This document shows positions 18,811 through 28,713 of a DNA stretch of 45,333 nucleotides, one piece after another. The translations under genes were made by a program, and so were the position numbers. This stretch comes from Candidatus Heimdallarchaeota archaeon (lineage in GTDB: Archaea; Asgardarchaeota; Heimdallarchaeia; Heimdallarchaeales; Heimdallarchaeaceae): positions 1-45,333 of the forward strand of contig JABCTC010000028.1 in the NCBI GenBank assembly GCA_018238545.1, in the 5' to 3' direction. The stretch's first letter is position 1. Each line of letters opens with the position of its first letter. Below the pieces are notes generated by a model. The model saw only the letters and a program-made list of their open reading frames with translations, was not told where the DNA came from and searched no databases.

Positions 18811-20247
18811 CTAGATATTTTCTTCTTCTAGTTCAACTGTTTTTTTGTGAACAATGTATCGCTCATATTCAAAGATTAGATGATCATCAGATAATTGCGT
18901 AAAGGGAACATTCATGTTACCTTGAGGTAAAATAACGTAAAAGTCCATAACTTCAGGATCATCATTTTTGGGAATAAGAGGAGTAACGGTTTTATCTGGC
19001 CAATTATCATCAATAAGATATAACAATCCACCTTTATTTTCTATAGTAAGAGAGATGGTTTTCTTATACGCATCATATCTACCGCAAAGTTTTTTGTAGT
19101 GTTTTCTTCTTTTATAGAAAGGCATAACTTCATCTGGATTTTTATCTAAAAGCAGTGTTAATGCATTATGCATCAGATGAGATGGTATCCACGAAACATT
19201 GTAAAGTTGAGCAAATGTAATATTCAGCTCAGGTATGATTGCTACATTTCCACCTGTTACACCAGAGACTCCTTGGTGAGTAATAATTTGATAGCCATGA
19301 TAATTATCATAGATTTTCCAACCATAGCCATAAGCTGTAGTAGAACCAGGACACATTTCATAACTGCTAGCTTGAAGGTTTTTATTATGAGGTTCCCACA
19401 TTTTATGAATAAGTTCCTCACTTAGTAATCTTGTTCCATTAAATTCTCCACCATTCAATTGACAGAGGAGAAAGTTGGTCATCTCTTTAACACTGGAGAT
19501 TAAACCACCAGAACCAGCTATGAACTTATCTGTAAGAAGCTGTTTAGAATGCCTTTTTATCCTGTCTTCGCTCCATTCATATGCAAATCCCTCTGAAGCA
19601 TCTTCATCTTTATCAACATCTGTTTTAGCAAATGTGCTACGGTTCATATTCAAAGGTTGGAGAATCTTTTCTTTGATATATTGTTCAAATGGTACTCCAC
19701 TTATTTTTTCCACAATCTGACCAAGTAAAGTGAAACCAGCGTTCCAGTAATAGTATTTTGTTCCAGGAGGACTTAGAACTTCACTTTTAGCATCGTTTAT
19801 GTGGAAATAAAAATCATCCCAGTTCCCAAGTGGAAATAATGGAGGCTTGGGTTTGTAGAGCTGCTGGTTCATCTGAGACATGTAGAAAGTCATTAATGAG
19901 GAAACACCGGAACCGTGACACATCAAATCATGAATTTTGATAGGTTGGTCTTTAAAGCCTATATCCACGGGTAAATGATTTGAAATTGGATCAAGTAAAT
20001 CTAACTTGCCCTCTTCATACAGCTGTAATATAGCAAAATCAGTAACAGACTTAGTAATTGAAGAAACGCCAAATAATGTATCAACAGTTGCTTCTTTAAC
20101 ATCTCCTCGCTTTCTAAGTCCAAAAGATCTCTCATAAATGGTTTCTCCATCTTTTGTAACAAGAATGGACATACCTGGAACATTGAAATCCCTCATAACT
20201 TTAACGGATTCATGTTCAAATCTCTCTTTAAATTTTGACAAATCCAT
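18811..20247 (-). CDS. Serine hydrolase, beta-lactamase class C / S12 family, Pab87 (CubicO)-like peptidase
   Basis: SxxK (SSITK), YxN (YYWN), HQG; C-terminal LCGRYDAYKKTI...PLIP...YERY resembles the Pab87 octamerisation domain. Confidence 0.85.
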   Translation of the reverse strand: MDLSKFKERFEHESVKVMRDFNVPGMSILVTKDGETIYERSFGLRKRGDVKEATVDTLFGVSSITKSVTDFAILQLYEEGKLDLLDPISNHLPVDIGFKDQPIKIHDLMCHGSGVSSLMTFYMSQMNQQLYKPKPPLFPLGNWDDFYFHINDAKSEVLSPPGTKYYYWNAGFTLLGQIVEKISGVPFEQYIKEKILQPLNMNRSTFAKTDVDKDEDASEGFAYEWSEDRIKRHSKQLLTDKFIAGSGGLISSVKEMTNFLLCQLNGGEFNGTRLLSEELIHKMWEPHNKNLQASSYEMCPGSTTAYGYGWKIYDNYHGYQIITHQGVSGVTGGNVAIIPELNITFAQLYNVSWIPSHLMHNALTLLLDKNPDEVMPFYKRRKHYKKLCGRYDAYKKTISLTIENKGGLLYLIDDNWPDKTVTPLIPKNDDPEVMDFYVILPQGNMNVPFTQLSDDHLIFEYERYIVHKKTVELEEENI

Positions 20248-20330
20248 GAATTTTCACAATATGGTATCTCTTATAGTAATATTATTTTACGTTTAATTTA
20301 TAACTATTTTGCTAAACATAAACTTTTTTT

Positions 20331-20347
20331 CCCGAAAATCTTATATA
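20331..20347 (+). promoter_or_regulatory. BRE + TATA promoter of oppA
   Basis: CCCGAAAATC-TTATATA about 76 nt upstream of the TTG start; TTCCCGAA is repeated at 20348-20355. Confidence 0.7.
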
Positions 20348-20422
20348 TTCCCGAATAAATTTTAGAAATAAGTCTTTAATGAAATGTTAGAGACATAAAT
20401 AAAAAAAAAGGAATGAAATAAT

Positions 20423-22165
20423 TTGAATAAAAAATTGTTAACAATTTCAGCAATTGTTGTCGGTTTTATTTTAGCATTCACTCCAAGTTTAATGGTTATT
20501 GGGCAAGACCCAATTTACGGAGGAACGCTAAATACTCCATTAGGAGCTGACGCTCATGCTCTAAATCCATTTACATGGGGTACTACATATGAGTGGTATG
20601 TAATGGCACACATATATGATAGCCTAGTAGCTTTGGATACAGAGAGACAACCAGTTCCAGTTTTATGTTCTGGATGGTCGCACAATGAAACTTATGAGCA
20701 ATGGACATTTACCCTTGTTGATAATGCATTTTGGCATGACGGCACTCCTGTTACCATAGATGATGTGTACTTTACATATGATCTGTTAATGAATGACGAT
20801 GCAATCCCAAGAAGAAGCTGGTTATTTGATGAAATCACTAGCCTAGAAATAGTTGGTACTGATCAAATCGTTATTACATTTGGTTGGGGTCCTAAACCTG
20901 CAGACGTTCTTTTTGATCTTGCTACAACTTGGATTGTTCCTGAACACATCTGGGATACAATTGATTTGTACACCTTCGCTAATGATGTAAATCCAATTGG
21001 CAGTGGACCTTTCAAATTTGTTGAATGGGCTCGTGCACAATACTTCAGACTTGCAGCTCACACCGAGTATCATCTGGATGGGCCTTATATTGATGAGAAA
21101 ATCTTACCAATCATCAGTGAAGTTGAAACAGCTTATTATGCACTCAGTGTTGGTGACATAGAAGTTATGGCTAATCCACCACCTGAACTAGAAGCAGTTG
21201 CAGACGTCGATCCAAATATCGCAATCCATGAATCTTTACAAGATTATTGGGTATATCTAGGACTAAATCAGCGTAGATATCCAAATAACATTAAAGAATT
21301 CAGACAAGCTGTTATGTACGGTATTAATCGTTCTGAAATAGTGGATATTATTAGATATGGACGCGGTGAAGTTTGTCCCGCATCATGCAGTTTACCTTAT
21401 GGTGCATACTATAATCCTGCTGTTAAGCAATACGACTACAATGTAGCTACCGCTAATTCAATGCTTGATGCTCTTGGTTTCTTAGATAATGTTGGAGACG
21501 ATGGTATCCGTGAGGATGCTAATGGAACTGACCTATCATTTGACTTAATTGTCAGCGCTGACGCTCAAGTATCAGTAGATACATGCAGATTTATCCAAGA
21601 GTATATGCTAGAGATTGGAATAGAAGTAACTGTTGTTCCTCTTATCTGGGATGTTCTTTGGCAAACTGTAGGTGGTACTGGCAGTGTTAGTAACACATAC
21701 GATTATGACTGGGCATTCTTAGGATGGGTAGGCTTCTGGAGCGATTTCCACCCAAGCTGGGCACGATGGTTATTCAGTGCAAATGGTTGGTGGGGATCTG
21801 ATCAAGTTAACATCCCTGGATGGAACAGTACTGCTCGTTGGGAAGTTACAGCCTTAGCAGATGAGATTCTATACGAAACTGATGAAGCTGTAATTCAAAC
21901 AAAACTTGATGCACTTCAAGTGATTGTTGCTGAAGATTTACCATATCTTCCAATAAACATTCTTGGTGGAACCTTCCTATACAGAACTGATGAGTTCAAA
22001 GGATGGGTTCTTGGACCAACAACTGATCCAGATAACTGGATGACTTGGTTAGCAATCCAACTGATTGTTGCACCAGAAGGTGGACCAGGTTACCTTGCAT
22101 TATCTGCAATATTCACATTAGTTGTTACCGTTGGTTTGGTAAAATACAGACGCAAGAAACAGTAA
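20423..22165 (+). CDS. oppA: Oligopeptide/dipeptide ABC transporter substrate-binding protein (family 5) with C-terminal membrane anchor
   Basis: Signal peptide, YGGTL, IYDSLV, WHDGTPVTIDDVYFTY, PIGSGPFKF, FRQAV; C-terminal PGY-TM-KYRRKKQ; TTG start. Confidence 0.93.
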   Translation: MNKKLLTISAIVVGFILAFTPSLMVIGQDPIYGGTLNTPLGADAHALNPFTWGTTYEWYVMAHIYDSLVALDTERQPVPVLCSGWSHNETYEQWTFTLVDNAFWHDGTPVTIDDVYFTYDLLMNDDAIPRRSWLFDEITSLEIVGTDQIVITFGWGPKPADVLFDLATTWIVPEHIWDTIDLYTFANDVNPIGSGPFKFVEWARAQYFRLAAHTEYHLDGPYIDEKILPIISEVETAYYALSVGDIEVMANPPPELEAVADVDPNIAIHESLQDYWVYLGLNQRRYPNNIKEFRQAVMYGINRSEIVDIIRYGRGEVCPASCSLPYGAYYNPAVKQYDYNVATANSMLDALGFLDNVGDDGIREDANGTDLSFDLIVSADAQVSVDTCRFIQEYMLEIGIEVTVVPLIWDVLWQTVGGTGSVSNTYDYDWAFLGWVGFWSDFHPSWARWLFSANGWWGSDQVNIPGWNSTARWEVTALADEILYETDEAVIQTKLDALQVIVAEDLPYLPINILGGTFLYRTDEFKGWVLGPTTDPDNWMTWLAIQLIVAPEGGPGYLALSAIFTLVVTVGLVKYRRKKQ

Positions 22166-22181
22166 AAACTTTAACTCACCC

Positions 22182-22220
22182 GGATTAAACGAAAGTTTAA
22201 TCCTTCAATTTCTTTTTTTT
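22182..22220 (+). terminator. Stem-loop plus U-tract after oppA
   Basis: GGATTAAAC-GAAA-GTTTAATCC, a perfect 9-bp stem with GAAA tetraloop (22182-22203), followed by TTTCTTTTTTTT. Confidence 0.75.
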
Positions 22221-22282
22221 CCGTTTTCAAAAACAACAAATAACGTTTAGTTAACAAAAAAAATTCTAAACATATAGTTTTA

Positions 22283-22298
22283 CCCGAAATGTTTAAAA
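22283..22298 (+). promoter_or_regulatory. Internal BRE + TATA promoter upstream of oppB
   Basis: CCCGAAATG-TTTAAAA, same design as the oppA promoter; GGAG RBS at 22331-22334 before ATG 22343. Confidence 0.6.
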
Positions 22299-22342
22299 GT
22301 ATTTTATGTATCAGTGGTTTAACCATTTGTGGAGTAACAATT

Positions 22343-23335
22343 ATGGGCTTAAAATCATATATTGCAAAGAAGTTATTATTTGCTGCTGTTGCGTATTTCG
22401 TAGCAATTACTTTAGTGTTTTTCCTTTATCACGTATTACCAGGTAATCCTGCTAATGTTTTTGCATTAGATCCGAGAGTTCCACCAGATGTTAGAGAAGC
22501 ATTGCTAATCAGATGGGGATTAAATGAACCCCTTTGGAAGCAGTATTTCATTTTCTTGGGTAATCTGCTTCAAGGTGACCTTGGGTACTCCTTTTTACAC
22601 AAAAAACCCGTTAGTGAAGTTATTGGAGTCTCTATCCCATGGACCTTACTTTTACTTGGAACATCATTCATTTTAAATGCAGTTATCGGAATACTTCTTG
22701 GAGCTATTGTTGCTTGGAGAAGAGGATCAAAGCTAGATACGGGTTTCGTTTTAACTTACAATGTTTACAACGCTCTACCATTGTTTTTCGTAGGAATGCT
22801 GTTTATTGCGTTGTTTGGGTTCACGGCGAGAATAAATAATTGGCCTATATGGTTCCCAACGTATGGAGCTCAAACGCCTGGGGCATCTGAAACGGGCTTT
22901 TTCTCATATCTTGGAGATGTTTTATGGCATCTGTTCCTACCCTTATTGGTATTGACAATTTCAGGTGTTTTAGGTTGGTCTTGGTTTATGCGAGGAAACT
23001 TGATTAGCGTTCTGACAGAAGATTACATTAAAACAGCTAGAGCAAAAGGCCTTAACGAAAACCAAGTATTATTCAAACACGCCTTCAGAAATGCAATACT
23101 TCCGGTCATTACAAATATTGGAATGTCAATTGGAGGGTTAATTGGAGGAGCAGTTCTGATAGAAACGGTTTTTTCATACCCTGGAACGGGTAGAATGCTC
23201 TACGACGCATTAATGAGACGTGATTATCCCTTAGTACAAGGGGCTTTTGTAATAATTGCAGGTTTAACTTTACTTGGATTGTTACTTGCAGAGATAGTTT
23301 ATGGGTTCGTTGACCCAAGGATTAGAACCGAATAG
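22343..23335 (+). CDS. oppB: Peptide ABC transporter permease
   Basis: LPGNPA, GLNEPLWKQY, GDLGYS, EDYIKTARAKGL, HAFRNA, IETVFSYPGTG, RDYPLVQG, DPRIR. Confidence 0.95.
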   Translation: MGLKSYIAKKLLFAAVAYFVAITLVFFLYHVLPGNPANVFALDPRVPPDVREALLIRWGLNEPLWKQYFIFLGNLLQGDLGYSFLHKKPVSEVIGVSIPWTLLLLGTSFILNAVIGILLGAIVAWRRGSKLDTGFVLTYNVYNALPLFFVGMLFIALFGFTARINNWPIWFPTYGAQTPGASETGFFSYLGDVLWHLFLPLLVLTISGVLGWSWFMRGNLISVLTEDYIKTARAKGLNENQVLFKHAFRNAILPVITNIGMSIGGLIGGAVLIETVFSYPGTGRMLYDALMRRDYPLVQGAFVIIAGLTLLGLLLAEIVYGFVDPRIRTE

Positions 23336-23346
23336 GAGGAATAAAT

Positions 23347-24258
23347 ATGGCTACAATTAGAAGAGATAATATTCGAAGAAAAATATCTAAATGGGGGAGA
23401 ACCTGGAAAATTTATAGAAGGAACTGGATGGGTGTTACAGGACTTATATTATTGTCCACGCTCGTCACATTAGCGATATTAGGACCAAGTATAACTCCTT
23501 ATGAATCACATGAAAGATCAGAAGACATCTTTCAACCCCCAGGTAACGGACATTTATTAGGTACTAATCGTTTTGGAGAAGATGTTTTTACAATCCTCTT
23601 AGATAGCTTACGTATATCCTTATTGGTGGGTGTGATTGCAGGAAGCTTAACAGTAATTATAGGAACCACTATTGGCGTTACAAGTGCCTACATAGGTGGT
23701 TGGGGAGATACGTTAATAATGCGGATAACTGATGTTATTTTAGTTTTACCAGCATTACCATTAATGTTGCTATTAGCATCATTAGCACCTTTGCTTGCTG
23801 ATGTGGGAGATTTCCTAGTTCCACGATGGTTAATAATAGCAATAGTTTATGTTGTAGTTTTCTGGCCAGTTTCAGCAAGATTGATACGTGGGCAGGCATT
23901 ATCTCTTAAACAACGAGCATTTATTACAAGTGCTAAATCAGCTGGAGCTAAGAACGGCTATATTATTCGCAAGCATTTGCTTCCAAACGTTTTTCCGCTT
24001 ATGCTGACTATGATTATCACATCGATGAGACAAGCTATCCTATATGAAGCATTTCTATCATATCTGGGACTTGGAGATCCTTGGAATTGGAGTTTAGGAA
24101 TGATGCTGAGTGTTGCGCAAAATCAAGCATCCTTAGCAACTGGAGCATGGTGGATGTATTTCCCACCAGGTATTGCAATCGCTTTAACGACGCTCAGTTT
24201 CGCGTTTATTGGGATAGCATTTGATGAAATTGTTAATCCAAGACTTAGAAAACGGTGA
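23347..24258 (+). CDS. oppC: Peptide ABC transporter permease
   Basis: HLLGTNRFGEDV, MRITD, ARLIRGQALS, HLLPNV, WWMYFPPG, NPRLR; GGAGG RBS. Confidence 0.95.
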   Translation: MATIRRDNIRRKISKWGRTWKIYRRNWMGVTGLILLSTLVTLAILGPSITPYESHERSEDIFQPPGNGHLLGTNRFGEDVFTILLDSLRISLLVGVIAGSLTVIIGTTIGVTSAYIGGWGDTLIMRITDVILVLPALPLMLLLASLAPLLADVGDFLVPRWLIIAIVYVVVFWPVSARLIRGQALSLKQRAFITSAKSAGAKNGYIIRKHLLPNVFPLMLTMIITSMRQAILYEAFLSYLGLGDPWNWSLGMMLSVAQNQASLATGAWWMYFPPGIAIALTTLSFAFIGIAFDEIVNPRLRKR

Positions 24259-24263
24259 TTAAA

Positions 24264-25277
24264 ATGGTGTTACTAGAAGTTAAAAATTTAAAAACCTATT
24301 TCCATACTCGATCAGGTTCAGTAAAAGCTGTAGACAATGTAAGTTTTAAACTTGGAAAAGGAGAAGTTCTAGGTCTAGCAGGAGAAAGTGGGTGTGGTAA
24401 AACTACTACCTGTTTATCAATCATGCGCATGATTGATAATCCTGGAGAGATATTAGAAGGAGAGATACTTTACGAGAATGCCAAGGATGTTATGGGTAAA
24501 TCAGACAACGCGGAAAGAACCAATAACATTTTAGATTTAACTGAAGTTGAAATGCGAAAAATCAGAGGCAACCATATTGCCATGATCTTTCAAGGTGCAA
24601 TGAATGCAATGAATCCTGTTCATAGAATTGGTGATCAAATAATGGAAGTATTAAGCATTCATGAACCTCAGGTGCCAAAAGAGGAAGCATGGCAAAGGGT
24701 TATTGACATCTTAGAAGTTGTAGGCATTGATTCATCTAGAGCTAGAGATTATCCTCATCAGCTTTCAGGCGGTCAAAAACAACGAGCATTAATCGCTATG
24801 GCACTAATTAATAATCCTGACATAGTCATAGCTGATGAACCCGTTACTGCTTTAGATGTAATTGTACAGTCACAAGTTCTAAAGGCAACAAAAGAACTTC
24901 AGAAAAAGTACAACCTTTCAATGATAATGATAACTCATGATCTTTCTGTGATTGCAGAAGTTTGTGAGACTTTGGCAATAATGTATGCAGGTAAAATGGT
25001 AGAATATGGAAAACTTAGAACTGTATTCAAAGAACCATCCCATCCTTACACTCAGTTGCTTATAGATGCTTTTCCAAGTATTGTTGGACCTAAAAAAGAG
25101 CTAAAGGATATTGGAGGAAACATACCTGATCTACGCAATCCTCCTCCTGGTTGTAATTTTCACCCTAGGTGTCCTAATGTAATGGATATCTGTAGAACTG
25201 AAGAACCACCAAATTTTGCAACAAAGGATGGTTTTGTTGCTTGTTGGTTATATGAAGGAAAAATGGAGAGAACATAA
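24264..25277 (+). CDS. oppD: Peptide ABC transporter ATP-binding protein
   Basis: GESGCGKT, YPHQLSGGQ, IADEP, ITHD, C-terminal GCNFHPRC...C...VAC domain; GGTGA RBS before ATG 24264. Confidence 0.95.
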   Translation: MVLLEVKNLKTYFHTRSGSVKAVDNVSFKLGKGEVLGLAGESGCGKTTTCLSIMRMIDNPGEILEGEILYENAKDVMGKSDNAERTNNILDLTEVEMRKIRGNHIAMIFQGAMNAMNPVHRIGDQIMEVLSIHEPQVPKEEAWQRVIDILEVVGIDSSRARDYPHQLSGGQKQRALIAMALINNPDIVIADEPVTALDVIVQSQVLKATKELQKKYNLSMIMITHDLSVIAEVCETLAIMYAGKMVEYGKLRTVFKEPSHPYTQLLIDAFPSIVGPKKELKDIGGNIPDLRNPPPGCNFHPRCPNVMDICRTEEPPNFATKDGFVACWLYEGKMERT

Positions 25278-25279
25278 AG

Positions 25280-26479
25280 ATGTCAAAATCAAAAGTACCG
25301 GTTATCGATGCAATACATGTAACCAAGTTATTTCCAGTTATGAAAGGCATTATAGAAGGACTGTTTAAGCGTAGTGAACAACAATATGTTCATGCTGTAG
25401 ACGATATAACTTTCACTATTCAAGAAGGAGAAACTTTCGGTTTAGTGGGTGAAAGCGGTTGTGGAAAATCAACTACAGGCATGCTTCTACTTCAATTACT
25501 TAATAGAACTAGTGGTACAATTTTATACAAAGGAATAGATGTAGCTAGCTCGTTTACATGGCCTGGTTACATTTCTCGTATCTTGAATGCTCATTTCTTC
25601 ATGCCTATAGGTTATGGATTATCATACATCTTCAGATCTAAAGAAAGTAGAGAATTGTTTACTGAAGTGATGAACGAGGCAATAAAAGAAGCAAGGATCT
25701 ACAAGGAAAACTTAAACGATAAAGAGGTTTTAGATAGAATTAAAAATCTAAGAAAAGAGATTCAAGTTATATTTCAAAATCCCTATGATTCCTTGAGTCC
25801 TAGATTCAATGTAATGGATATAGTTGCAGAACCCTTAAGGTTACTCAAGGTTTATCCAAGTGAAGCTGAGGTAGAAGCACGAGTACTACACGAACTTGAT
25901 AGTGTTGGACTGGTTCCTCCTGAAGATTTCATCAATCGATTTCCTCACGAGTTATCTGGCGGTCAACGACAAAGAGTTGGTGTTGCACGAGCCTTTACGG
26001 TTGATCCAAAATTCATTGTAGCTGATGAACCAGTATCTATGTTAGATGTTTCTGTAAGAGTAGGTATTCTGCGCACTATGAACCAATTATCTAAGGAACG
26101 TGGAACTGCATTTCTATTCATAACTCATGATTTAGCTTTGGCAAGAGTCATGTGTGATCAGATAGCAGTCATGTATCTTGGAAGAATAGTTGAACGAGGT
26201 CCTACAGAAGAAATTCTCCATAATCCTTTACACCCATATACAAAAGCTTTGATTGCAGCTGTTCCAAAACCTGACCCCGATGCCCACAGAACAGAAGACT
26301 TACCAATAATCGGTGAGGTTCCAAGCGGTATAGATATTGCACCAGGTTGTAGGTTTAACCCCAGATGTATATATGCTATAGAGGAATGTAGTCAGATTGA
26401 CCCACAACTAGAGACAGTGAAAAAAGGTTATTATGTAGCATGTATAAGGTACAAAGAGATTAACAAAATCAAAAACTAA
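25280..26479 (+). CDS. oppF: Peptide ABC transporter ATP-binding protein with an insertion of about 55 aa
   Basis: GESGCGKS, FPHELSGGQRQR, VADEPVSMLD, ITHD, GCRFNPRC. Confidence 0.95.
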   Translation: MSKSKVPVIDAIHVTKLFPVMKGIIEGLFKRSEQQYVHAVDDITFTIQEGETFGLVGESGCGKSTTGMLLLQLLNRTSGTILYKGIDVASSFTWPGYISRILNAHFFMPIGYGLSYIFRSKESRELFTEVMNEAIKEARIYKENLNDKEVLDRIKNLRKEIQVIFQNPYDSLSPRFNVMDIVAEPLRLLKVYPSEAEVEARVLHELDSVGLVPPEDFINRFPHELSGGQRQRVGVARAFTVDPKFIVADEPVSMLDVSVRVGILRTMNQLSKERGTAFLFITHDLALARVMCDQIAVMYLGRIVERGPTEEILHNPLHPYTKALIAAVPKPDPDAHRTEDLPIIGEVPSGIDIAPGCRFNPRCIYAIEECSQIDPQLETVKKGYYVACIRYKEINKIKN

Positions 26480-26506
26480 TTTATTGCTTAATTATGGTGA
26501 GATAAC

Positions 26507-28696
26507 GTGAATGAAACGGAATTTGGGAACATCAATAATCTGATGCACAGTGGAGAGTATAATAAGGCTTTAGAGAAAGTTGAGAAACATCAAAAAGAAA
26601 AAAATCTCACAGATGCTGAGATTTTAAGTCTGAGTTATCTTCAATGTGCAGTTCACAGATTCTTAGGGAATTTTGAGAAGGTTATAGAACTCTCATCGAC
26701 TGTACGAGAAAAAGCAAAAGAACAGAATAATGTTCTTATAGAAGCGGATGCACTTTTATCAGAAATTTTTTCGTTATACCGCCTGGGGGAGTTGGATAAA
26801 GCATCAGGTTTAGTGCAACGAGCAGAAGATCTAATTGAAAATTCTAACTTGAAAGAAATGTCTTCTAGGAGAGCTTATTTGCTTGCATACAAAGCTTATG
26901 TATATGAAGCAAAAGGGGAAGCTGAGCAAGCATTTATTTATGCCCAGCAAAACTATTTTCTCTGCAAAGAATTAGATAATCCTACTTTGCTAGCTTTGGC
27001 ATATTATATCCTAGGATTTATTCATATGAGTACAGGAAATATGGAAAAAGCTTTAGAGAACAATCAAAAAAGCTTAGAAATACGTGAAAAAGATGGAAGC
27101 AAATATGATCTTGCTTTCACCTTGTTTAATTTAGGTTATGCACATAGAAACCTAGGAAATCTTGACGCAGCCCTAGATTATTTTAATAGTAGTTATAAAA
27201 TCCGAAAGAAAATTGGAAATCAACAAGATATTGCATGGACACTTTTGAATTTAGGTGATGTTTACTATGGGAAGGGTGATCTAAAACATGCTCAAAATTA
27301 CTACGAAGAGTCACTCATTGTAAATCAACGTATGCACTTCAATTTTGGTACAATATTTTCTTTTATACGTTTAAGTACAGTGTATAAAGTATTAGATGAT
27401 CCACAGTTGGTGATGGACACATTAGAGAAAGCATTAAGTTTAGTACAGAAGGTACAAAATGTAGACCCTGAAGTCTATATTTTATTTGAGCTAATAAATT
27501 ACATCACAGAGAAGAAGTATATACACAGAAATGCTCTGAAGGATAAACCTCTAAAGGAGTATCTAGAAAGATTGAACGAGATCAATCTAAATTATAAACA
27601 TAAAGTATTCAGTTTCCTAAATCGTCTAGCTAAAGGATTAGAACTAAAAGCAATAGGCGACACTAAAAATAAGAAGAAAGCAAGACAGATATTTCAACAA
27701 ATCACTGAAGAAGAAATCATCAGTTTTGATTACATAAAAATAGCTATTACAAATTACAGTGAACTTCTTGCTGAAGAATTGAGAAAATATTTTGGTGAGG
27801 ATACATTAGTCAATCAACTCAATGAATTATCGGATTCCCTTTCTCCCGTTCTTTTCCAACAGTCATTCTCGATGGTTGCAGAAAACTTTCTAAATCAGAG
27901 TAGATCAGCGTTAGAACAAACAGATATTGTAAAAGCACTTGAGCTTTTAAAACGAGCTCAATATTTATGTGATTTTCTTGGGTTATATAACAAAGGTCCG
28001 ACTCCGTTTAGAATCATCTATAGTTTATTTATGAAAGAAAGAAACCTAAATGAACTCAGTAAAAACCTCAAGATAACAAAAGGTGCATTAAGTAGCCAAC
28101 TAAAGTTACTTGTAGATCTAGATATTGTAGAAATTGCACGAGAAGAACAGGTTAGATCTGCAACTATGCTAAAGAAATATTATCGATTAGGTTCGCGAGG
28201 AAGAGAATTGCTTCAACCTTTGAATCTGAATATTTGTGATTGCATTAGAAGAAAAGAAGAAGATGCTGAATCTATAATTGATGCCTTGATGAAACCAAGA
28301 CTTATCATGAAACTAATCAGAGACACTACTTTTTTAGTTGATAATTTCCAGAATTTTCTAGATGAACATGTTATTCTCAAACCTCTTGGATCTTCTTCAG
28401 ATATTACTCAGAAAGATTTAAACAATGTCAAAGAAATGTTTAGTGACTCAAAGAGCATTAACATCGACCATTATTTTCTAACTGAAAAACAATATGAAGA
28501 ATATCAGAAATTATGGAGAGAATTCGATAGAAGAGTAAAAACAGAAATCATTCAAGATGACATAAATTCTTCTAGTTATCATTCAGTTGAGAAACCAATA
28601 TACATCTCACACATTAACTTACCAATTAAGGATTTAATGACTTTAGAGCGCTATTTGACCACTAAAAGGAAAAAACAAGTTAACAAAAAAGAGTAA
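26507..28696 (+). CDS. TPR-repeat protein with C-terminal ArsR-type winged helix-turn-helix (putative transcription regulator)
   Basis: Consecutive ~40-aa TPR units (LALAYYILGFIHMSTGNMEKALE, LAFTLFNLGYAHRNLGNLDAALDYF, IAWTLLNLGDVYYGKGDLKHAQNYY); wHTH PTPFRIIYSL..ERNLNELSKNLKITKGALSSQLKLLVDLDIVE...KYYRL; GGTGA RBS and GTG start. Confidence 0.85.
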   Translation: MNETEFGNINNLMHSGEYNKALEKVEKHQKEKNLTDAEILSLSYLQCAVHRFLGNFEKVIELSSTVREKAKEQNNVLIEADALLSEIFSLYRLGELDKASGLVQRAEDLIENSNLKEMSSRRAYLLAYKAYVYEAKGEAEQAFIYAQQNYFLCKELDNPTLLALAYYILGFIHMSTGNMEKALENNQKSLEIREKDGSKYDLAFTLFNLGYAHRNLGNLDAALDYFNSSYKIRKKIGNQQDIAWTLLNLGDVYYGKGDLKHAQNYYEESLIVNQRMHFNFGTIFSFIRLSTVYKVLDDPQLVMDTLEKALSLVQKVQNVDPEVYILFELINYITEKKYIHRNALKDKPLKEYLERLNEINLNYKHKVFSFLNRLAKGLELKAIGDTKNKKKARQIFQQITEEEIISFDYIKIAITNYSELLAEELRKYFGEDTLVNQLNELSDSLSPVLFQQSFSMVAENFLNQSRSALEQTDIVKALELLKRAQYLCDFLGLYNKGPTPFRIIYSLFMKERNLNELSKNLKITKGALSSQLKLLVDLDIVEIAREEQVRSATMLKKYYRLGSRGRELLQPLNLNICDCIRRKEEDAESIIDALMKPRLIMKLIRDTTFLVDNFQNFLDEHVILKPLGSSSDITQKDLNNVKEMFSDSKSINIDHYFLTEKQYEEYQKLWREFDRRVKTEIIQDDINSSSYHSVEKPIYISHINLPIKDLMTLERYLTTKRKKQVNKKE

Positions 28697-28713
28697 TAAA
28701 CGAACATTAATTT

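Noticed and set aside
18811-20247. Beta-lactam resistance gene
   Set aside because: The SxxK/YxN fold is shared with peptidases; the Pab87-like C-terminal domain, lack of a signal peptide and peptide-uptake context favour a cytoplasmic peptidase
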